Assembly: GCA_030747605.1 (NCBI GenBank)
Contig: JASLKL010000002.1
Coordinates: 1 to 54,981, forward strand
Length of the DNA stretch: 54,981 nt
DNA from: Verrucomicrobiota bacterium
GTDB lineage: Bacteria > Verrucomicrobiota > Verrucomicrobiia > Limisphaerales > UBA1096
Direction: 5' to 3'
In this document: one piece after another, positions 48,933 through 54,981 of the stretch
Position numbering within the stretch: the first letter of the stretch is position 1
Layout of the letters: every line of letters starts with the position of its first letter
Program-made: the position numbers and the translations under genes
Notes under the pieces: generated by a model
Seen by the model: the letters and a program-made list of their open reading frames with translations, nothing else
What the model was told of the DNA's origin: nothing
Databases searched by the model: none

Positions 48933-50882
48933 TTAAATACTGATCTCAATTTGACCAGCCGCTGATTTCGTACTGGATTGAACACTCTTAAGAATCTTGG
49001 CATCCGGAAAGTCTCGACCAATCTTCACAGTGTATCTCCCCTTGGAATAAACCTTTGGCTGGAATCGACCGTTTTGGGAACGAATAGTGTACAGAATCTC
49101 TCCATCCGCCTCATCAACAATCTGCACTACGTAATCTTTTCCATCCGAAAAAACATACTCAGGAAGATAACTGGCAACCTTTCTCCCGTCATTGGCATCT
49201 TGCTTCACAGTAATCGGCCAACCAGGAAATTGCTCATCATCACCATTTTGAACATCGCAAAAACGAGGCCAACACTCAAAGGTCACTTCGCGTTTCTTTT
49301 TGTTGAACCGAACTATACCAAAACCATCTGCACGCTTTCGTTCGTCGTTCCTATCCTCAGGATTTGCATAAGCAAGCATAGAAATTTTATTACCAAGTCC
49401 ATCCTTAAAATCACCAGTCCAAGGCAAAGGAGTATTCGGCACAGGGTTTGGCCCCGGCTTTTCATCTTCAGGATGCCACCATCGACCGTAAATTGTATTT
49501 ACCAACGCCGGCCCCGTAAAACCGTAAGGCCCATCACCATGTTCTGAAATACCATGCTTAACCACCACAGCAAGATGCTGATCTCCGCAAAGATGCACCG
49601 CCCATGCTCGACGAATTAGAGAAAGTGCCCGGCGACTTGGAGTCTGCGGCCAACCGTTACAATCCAAATCTGCCAATAAACGGTTATTTGATCCGCCATG
49701 CATGTGAACTGCTCCACAGAATGCCGTTTGCGACAGGACCCCCTTCATCTCAGCACCTGTCCAGTCACCACTCCAATCCTCTAAAAACTTTTCCTGACGT
49801 ACTCCAAGCAGTTGTAGTCCTGGCAGATCAATCTTTTTCGGATCGTATTTCGGATCGTTTATATGATCTGGGCGCGGTCCCATCTTCGGTATTTTACCCG
49901 CTGGACCGCTCTTAAATTTTCGATCTTCCAGAATTGCAAAATCCACTCCCCCGATATTCAGGCGCGTAAAGTAAACACCAATACCGCGATCTACAGGTTC
50001 TGGATCAACCGGATCCGGCAGGCTTGAAGTTTGTTGCCGCTGGACTTGATTAACATACTCCACAGGAAGGCGATAACCGCCATCAGCATCACCGCGTATG
50101 GTTGAACGCTTACCGCTCTCTCCCCATACATTGCCATGACCAACATCGTGATCATCCGGAATACAGATCGTAGGACGATCGCGAATAATATCGCGGTACT
50201 GCAGCCCAAACTCAATCCACCCAGTCGTATGTTCAGTATGGCGGTAGTGTTGGTCTCCACCAAAAAAAAGTAGATCCGGATTGAGATGTCGAAGATTTTC
50301 AACTATCTCATCACGCGGACCAGTAGTCCGACTGGAATTACAAGAAAGATTGGCAACAACAATTTCATCCCTATCACCTGGATCACGACGAATCAACCCC
50401 TCAAACTTCGCTTGCTCTCCGTGACAAACTCTATACTTCACGCTCCTTGTGTTGTCCCAGTTTTCAACACGAAAATGAGCATCCCAACCTGGATAATGCA
50501 CCTCAGCCTCTGCAACAACACTCCATTTATCGCCATTCAACTGGAGCTCCAATCTAGCCTTGCGCATCTCACCTGGTTTCAAAGGAAACAACTGCGCCGA
50601 AAGTTTCAGAACATTATGCTGGTGCGTATAAGTCGCAAACGCGACTACCTGATCTCTAGGAACATTCATACTTGGCGGAGCGCCCTTTCGCCCCCTCGGC
50701 GCGGGCTTCCCATTATTACCAGCTCGCTTCCACCACTCACCTGTGGTCAACGATTCCAAATTCGAAAAACCCTTCCCAAATGGATTAACAGCATCGGCAG
50801 CCCGAAGAAAATCAGGAGTAATAACTAAACCTCCAACTCCAACAGCAGCCGCCTTAATTGCAGTACGACGATTAACTTTCAT
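48933..50882 (-). CDS. Tat-signal PhoD-like / calcineurin-like metallophosphoesterase superfamily protein
   Basis: 649 aa. MKVNRRTAIKAAAVGVGGLVI. LLFFGGDQHY, PDDHDVGHGNVWG and CGDQHLAVV resemble metallophosphatase/PhoD metal-ligand motifs. Superfamily-level guess only. Confidence 0.45.
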   Translation of the reverse strand: MKVNRRTAIKAAAVGVGGLVITPDFLRAADAVNPFGKGFSNLESLTTGEWWKRAGNNGKPAPRGRKGAPPSMNVPRDQVVAFATYTHQHNVLKLSAQLFPLKPGEMRKARLELQLNGDKWSVVAEAEVHYPGWDAHFRVENWDNTRSVKYRVCHGEQAKFEGLIRRDPGDRDEIVVANLSCNSSRTTGPRDEIVENLRHLNPDLLFFGGDQHYRHTEHTTGWIEFGLQYRDIIRDRPTICIPDDHDVGHGNVWGESGKRSTIRGDADGGYRLPVEYVNQVQRQQTSSLPDPVDPEPVDRGIGVYFTRLNIGGVDFAILEDRKFKSGPAGKIPKMGPRPDHINDPKYDPKKIDLPGLQLLGVRQEKFLEDWSGDWTGAEMKGVLSQTAFCGAVHMHGGSNNRLLADLDCNGWPQTPSRRALSLIRRAWAVHLCGDQHLAVVVKHGISEHGDGPYGFTGPALVNTIYGRWWHPEDEKPGPNPVPNTPLPWTGDFKDGLGNKISMLAYANPEDRNDERKRADGFGIVRFNKKKREVTFECWPRFCDVQNGDDEQFPGWPITVKQDANDGRKVASYLPEYVFSDGKDYVVQIVDEADGEILYTIRSQNGRFQPKVYSKGRYTVKIGRDFPDAKILKSVQSSTKSAAGQIEISI

Positions 50883-50975
50883 ATTTACTAAGCGATAAAA
50901 CGATTAGACTAATAAAATTATTCAACAACAACACTTAATCTCCCTTATATAAGATAAGTTTTATATATTAATATA

Positions 50976-51575
50976 TCAGGGCAATTCAGCTAGTTTCAGA
51001 TTCCGATAATCTATGGACATAATACGATTTCCATGTAACTGAATACCAAGTGGGCCTTCCTCGATTGCCGAGTCCGATTTGTAAGTCATCACCTCTTCAC
51101 CTTTCAACCAAACAGTATACTGCTTTCCGACCGCTTTTATTTTCATTGTGTTCCACCCTTTTAGCTGGAGTAGGTTTTTTATATTCTTGGCCTCAACCGG
51201 GTAGCCCTTGCCCGGAATATACGGAGAACACGTCATGTCTCGTTTAAGCGAACCAGAAATCCCGATTTGGATCTGATCCTGATTTCGAACATGCACACCA
51301 CTATCAACAGTTCCTTCCCCAAAACGAAAATCGAACTCCATAATAAAGTTACGATATTTCTTTTGAGACCACAGGATAGAGCCTTTTTTCTTTGGCCCAT
51401 TTTTAATTTTTAATACTCCATCAACAGCAGAATACCAACCTGCCTGACCATTTCCCTTCGGAACCACCCATCCAGACAAATCTTTGCCATTAAATATTGA
51501 TTTTAATTTTGGAGCAGCAACTAAAGTTGAAGCAAAACCTAAAAATACGATAAAAAATAAAAACTTGGACTTCAT
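50976..51575 (-). CDS. DUF1080 (3-keto-disaccharide hydrolase-like, LamG-fold) domain protein
   Basis: The open frame runs to 51611; the ATG at 51575 gives the signal peptide MKSKFLFFIVFLGFASTLVAA. FNGKDLSGW, DFRFGEGTVDSGVHVR, GWNTMKIKAVG, PLGIQLHG..IDYRNLKLAEL. Confidence 0.78.
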   Translation of the reverse strand: MKSKFLFFIVFLGFASTLVAAPKLKSIFNGKDLSGWVVPKGNGQAGWYSAVDGVLKIKNGPKKKGSILWSQKKYRNFIMEFDFRFGEGTVDSGVHVRNQDQIQIGISGSLKRDMTCSPYIPGKGYPVEAKNIKNLLQLKGWNTMKIKAVGKQYTVWLKGEEVMTYKSDSAIEEGPLGIQLHGNRIMSIDYRNLKLAELP

Positions 51576-51640
51576 TGCCGTTAATATTGTCGAATGAAAT
51601 CCGCCGAGCAAAGCTCTTTTATTAAAAGAATATCAATCGA

Positions 51641-53110
51641 TTATTTCTTTATCTTTCGCTTGGCCCGTCGAGCCATCGATTCTTGTTCCTGTTTTTGTAT
51701 AACAGACTCTCTAAATACAGCATCATCACGTCGTTCAAATACAGTCAACAATGGATCATCTGTCTTCTTCATCCATCTCATAAGATTATCTCGCAGTTTT
51801 TCAAGCACAGGTTGAGATGCCGAACTATCGATAATATTGTTAAGACAATCAGGGTCGACTGAAACGTCATATAATTCTTCCGGCACTCGATACTTATACA
51901 TTGCCAAACGTTTAGCCAAGCGGTCGTCAGATTTGGCTAAAGCCGCCATACGGCGATAGGTAACAGTCCCAGTAGTAGCAGTAGCAAATACACGCTGGCC
52001 ATTAGACCATGGATTAAAAATATAAAGATAGCGTTTCGTTTGCACTGCTCGCATAGGATCACGCGATGCTCCAGCGTTTTCATTATACTCCTTAATCATA
52101 TACTCCCTATTAGTTTGTCGTTGACCACGAATCAAAGGCATAAATGATCGGCCATCAAGGCGATCAGGATGCTTCGATCCAACAATATCAAGCAAAGTAG
52201 GCAGCATATCTACCGCAGACAACATATGCAGATTATCAATCTTCCCTGCTCTAGTAACCCCTGGCCAGCGAACAATCCAAGGAGAATGGGTGCTGTGATG
52301 ATATAATTGTGTCTTTGCAAAAGGTAATGGCATGCCATGGTCAGAAAGAAATATAACAACCGTATTCTTAGCTTCACCACTCTTGTCAAGGGCTTCAAGA
52401 ATCTTACCCACGCAATCATCAGCTCTACGAACGCTCGAATAATAAAGTGCAAGTTCTGACCTCACTTTCGGATCATCAAACAAAAATCCAGGGATCGGCA
52501 TTTCTTCAGCCGTATAAATTCTCGATGGGATGTTTGCATCTTTTCCGCCACCTCTGACTTGGCTCCAAAATGGCTTGTGAGGGTCCGATATGTTAACAAC
52601 CAAACAAAAAGGCTTCCCCTTCTCCTTCGCCTTACGGATACCATCCATAGTAGAAACACCAAATGACTCAGCATTCTTATAATGAGCTTTGGTTCCATCC
52701 GGCAAAGTATCGAGGTTAGCATCCCAAGCATAAGGCTGATATGGAGTCGAATGAGAAACTTTCCCTCGAATACCTGTAAAGTATCCTGCATTTTTCATTA
52801 GATCCACCATATGAGGCCATCCAGGATTTTTTACTTGGTAAAATCCTTCTACCTTGTTGTTGTGTGAAATCAGCCCTGAGAAAAGTACGTTCCGGCCCGG
52901 CATACAATTACCCACTGTCATATGAGCATGGGAAAACCGCATGCCCTGACTGGCCAAACGATCAATATTGGGCGTTGTACCTTTAAGCTTAGACCCGAAA
53001 ACTCCAATTGAATCGGCGCTCATATCATCAACTGTGATCATCAATATATTTACCGGCGCCGCCTGAATTGACACACAGATTAGTGAAAAGAATAAAAATA
53101 GTTTACTCAT
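51641..53110 (-). CDS. sulfatase, Cys-type
   Basis: 489 aa. Signal peptide. NILMITVDDM, CMPGRNVLFSG (C-x-P-x-R), LSDHGMP. Confidence 0.88.
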   Translation of the reverse strand: MSKLFLFFSLICVSIQAAPVNILMITVDDMSADSIGVFGSKLKGTTPNIDRLASQGMRFSHAHMTVGNCMPGRNVLFSGLISHNNKVEGFYQVKNPGWPHMVDLMKNAGYFTGIRGKVSHSTPYQPYAWDANLDTLPDGTKAHYKNAESFGVSTMDGIRKAKEKGKPFCLVVNISDPHKPFWSQVRGGGKDANIPSRIYTAEEMPIPGFLFDDPKVRSELALYYSSVRRADDCVGKILEALDKSGEAKNTVVIFLSDHGMPLPFAKTQLYHHSTHSPWIVRWPGVTRAGKIDNLHMLSAVDMLPTLLDIVGSKHPDRLDGRSFMPLIRGQRQTNREYMIKEYNENAGASRDPMRAVQTKRYLYIFNPWSNGQRVFATATTGTVTYRRMAALAKSDDRLAKRLAMYKYRVPEELYDVSVDPDCLNNIIDSSASQPVLEKLRDNLMRWMKKTDDPLLTVFERRDDAVFRESVIQKQEQESMARRAKRKIKK

Positions 53111-53122
53111 ATTATTTTAAAA

Positions 53123-54610
53123 TTATTTACGTTTACGACCTCGATGAAAAGGCGAGTCCTGTGGAATCTTTCGGATTGGCGCAACACTTTCTGGGAGTGC
53201 ACCAGCCAAACGCTCCTTCACTTTAGCTAAACGAGGATCATCAATAAGGTTCTCAAATTCATTTGGATCCTTGTCTAAATCATACAACTCTTCAAAACCA
53301 TCACCATAACGAATAAAGCGATACCTCGAATCTGCCACAGCCAAAGAAGGTCTTTTCTCTCTCCAAAACTGAAATGCAGTTAAAGCCAATTCCTTTTTAA
53401 GGGCATTGGGATTCCTTAACTGGGATACCAATGAATTCCCACTACACAATTTAGGAATTGGCAAATCAGCCAATTCACAAAGGGTAGGATAAATATCCGT
53501 GAGAGTCACAGGTTGACGTGTGCTGGCACCATCAATACTAACCCCTGGTGCATGTACAAAAAACGGGACGCGTGTTGTTTGATCCCACAATGCAAATTTT
53601 TCCCAATTTTGTTTTTCGCCAATATGAAACCCATGGTCACTCCACAAAATTATAATGGTATTCCCCTTTAACGGTGAAGAGTCTAATCCATCCAGTAAAC
53701 GTCCCAGCTGATAGTCCACATAACTAATACTAGCAAGGTATCCCTGCATAAAAATCTTCCACTGCTTATTGTCGCTAACCCACTTGTGCCATCCCTCTCG
53801 CCCATGGCTATGGGCATCCTTAAGGTCATCTTCAAGATGCTTAGGAAGCTCAACATCTTTTAATGGGTAAAGATCAAACCACCGTTTAGGAACCTCCCAG
53901 GGTATGTGCGGCCTAAACAAGCCAACAGCAAGAAATAATGGCTTATCAGTTGGTCGGTTCATTTGATCAATGGCCCAGTCTGTTACAAGGTGGTCTCCAT
54001 AACTTTCTTCCGGTTCCAATAACGGCGCAGCACCAAATAACTGGCTACGCATACCACCCCCAAGAGGTCTGCCCGCAGTTAATCCTGACTCTGCGTCAGA
54101 AATAAGCCTTGGTCTTGGCCAGTCTGAAGATATGGGATCATTTGGATCTCCACGATAATCATCCCAAGATGAAGGATCATTTTGAGAATCACCTGGTGTC
54201 CATTGTAACGTATGAAAAATCTTCCCACCTCCAACAGCACGATATCCGTGATTCCGGAAATGTTGTGATAACACCACTGCATCCTGAAGCAATGGCGACT
54301 CGTGCCTCCATCTGGGACCATGAGCACCAAACATATTCCTGTAAATTCCAGATCTAACTGGATGAACACCCGTCATCACAGCAACCCGTGATGGATGACA
54401 AGCTGGTGCAGCACAATGAGCATTGGAAAACGTAACAGACCGTTTGGCTAATCGGTCAAAATTTGGAGTCTTAATTCCAGGGTGATTATCTAATGGCGAA
54501 ATATAGTCATTTAAATCATCAATCGATATAAACAATACATTTGGCTTAGCAGCAGAAACCAATGGAACTAATCCAAACCCAACCCAAAGCATGAACAATA
54601 TCACACGCAT
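53123..54610 (-). CDS. sulfatase, Cys-type
   Basis: 495 aa. Signal peptide. KPNVLFISIDDL, CHPSRVAVMTGV, WSDHGFHIG. Confidence 0.88.
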   Translation of the reverse strand: MRVILFMLWVGFGLVPLVSAAKPNVLFISIDDLNDYISPLDNHPGIKTPNFDRLAKRSVTFSNAHCAAPACHPSRVAVMTGVHPVRSGIYRNMFGAHGPRWRHESPLLQDAVVLSQHFRNHGYRAVGGGKIFHTLQWTPGDSQNDPSSWDDYRGDPNDPISSDWPRPRLISDAESGLTAGRPLGGGMRSQLFGAAPLLEPEESYGDHLVTDWAIDQMNRPTDKPLFLAVGLFRPHIPWEVPKRWFDLYPLKDVELPKHLEDDLKDAHSHGREGWHKWVSDNKQWKIFMQGYLASISYVDYQLGRLLDGLDSSPLKGNTIIILWSDHGFHIGEKQNWEKFALWDQTTRVPFFVHAPGVSIDGASTRQPVTLTDIYPTLCELADLPIPKLCSGNSLVSQLRNPNALKKELALTAFQFWREKRPSLAVADSRYRFIRYGDGFEELYDLDKDPNEFENLIDDPRLAKVKERLAGALPESVAPIRKIPQDSPFHRGRKRK

Positions 54611-54614
54611 GCAA

Positions 54615-54980
54615 CTAAGCCATCAGCTCCTTTATTGGTTCCCCTCCAAACTGGCTCATTTGCTTAAATCTACCTGCATGCAAGTATGTCAACTTGTTAT
54701 CATCTAATCCAAGCAACCTCAGTAATGTAACGTGAAAATCTCGTAACGGATGAACCACTTTCACAGCCTTAGCGCCGATTTCATCTGTGGCACCAATTGT
54801 ATGGCCAGCCTTCACTCCTCCACCAGCCAACCAAACATTCATCGCATCAGGGTTATGATCACGCCCATACTTAATCCCACCACGTATACCATTATCAGGG
54901 GTACGCCCAAACTCACCCATCCAAACAACCAATGTCTCATCGAGCAATCCTCTTTGTTTAAGATCCTTGATTAATGCAGC
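54615..54980 (-). CDS. DUF1501 domain protein, C-terminal part (5' end outside the window)
   Basis: The frame is open to the window edge: [42 protein letters not shown]. This matches the C-terminal third of the three complete DUF1501 genes. Its stop lies 4 nt before the next sulfatase start. Confidence 0.85.
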   Translation of the reverse strand, partial: AALIKDLKQRGLLDETLVVWMGEFGRTPDNGIRGGIKYGRDHNPDAMNVWLAGGGVKAGHTIGATDEIGAKAVKVVHPLRDFHVTLLRLLGLDDNKLTYLHAGRFKQMSQFGGEPIKELMA

Positions 54981-54981
54981 T

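Noticed and set aside
48917-49021. N-terminal extension of the DUF1592-family ORF, overlapping the 3' end of the PhoD-like gene by 89 nt
   Set aside because: An in-frame GTG at 48916 yields a plausible signal peptide directly after the upstream stop. The long overlap is unnecessary, although the exact start remains uncertain.
48978-50828. Plus-strand ORFs of 189, 103 and 180 aa antisense to the PhoD-like gene
   Set aside because: No motifs and odd composition. The minus-strand frame is continuous for 649 aa with a Tat leader and metal-ligand motifs.
1-54981. Looked for rRNA, tRNA, CRISPR arrays, IS elements/transposases, integrases, toxin-antitoxin or defence-type genes (nucleases, helicases, ATPases)
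   Set aside because: None recognised. Intergenic regions are short (at most about 190 nt) and show no cloverleaf-like or repeat-spacer structure. The only repeats found are the coding 39-bp array and the CAA/CAG run.

Overview
Chromosomal segment with an AT-rich background (about 35-45% GC on hand-counted lines). Gene content points to a marine bacterium of the Planctomycetes-Verrucomicrobia-Lentisphaerae group; a Lentisphaera- or verrucomicrobium-like organism is a low-confidence guess. One clear housekeeping gene is present (alaS), next to a partial Bat (aerotolerance-type) operon (BatB/C fusion, BatD, BatE). The rest is accessory, secretome-heavy content. It includes eight Cys-type (C-x-P-x-R) sulfatases and a GH16 glycoside hydrolase. 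There are three complete pairs of a large CxxCH-containing DUF1549/DUF1553 protein with a Tat-signal DUF1501 protein, plus a fourth DUF1501 cut by the window edge. One related DUF1592-family/DUF1552 pair sits behind a PhoD-like Tat phosphoesterase. Other genes include three orphan prepilin-type (G|FTLIELL) proteins (two with the H-X9-DG C-terminal motif), two PQQ-like beta-propeller proteins, a DUF1080 protein, a nitroreductase, and a Tat/lipobox cyclase-family protein with an amidohydrolase. A CotH kinase-like gene is flanked by secreted EF-hand proteins, one with a 39-bp in-frame tandem repeat. No rRNA, tRNA, CRISPR, transposase or integrase was recognised. Main second-look items: (1) the CotH/EF-hand/Ser-Arg-Gly-repeat cluster as a possible secreted kinase-substrate module; (2) the recurring, translationally coupled CxxCH-protein/DUF1501 modules of unknown function, wired into operons with sulfatases, a prepilin-like protein and an HExxH protein; (3) a sharply GC-rich block (about 35.5-39.9 kb, roughly 55-62% GC) whose two edges fall inside coding sequences, plus a second GC-elevated block at about 41.3-44.8 kb, suggesting recombinational mosaicism among paralog families. 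All family calls come from motifs read by eye; no database search was run.
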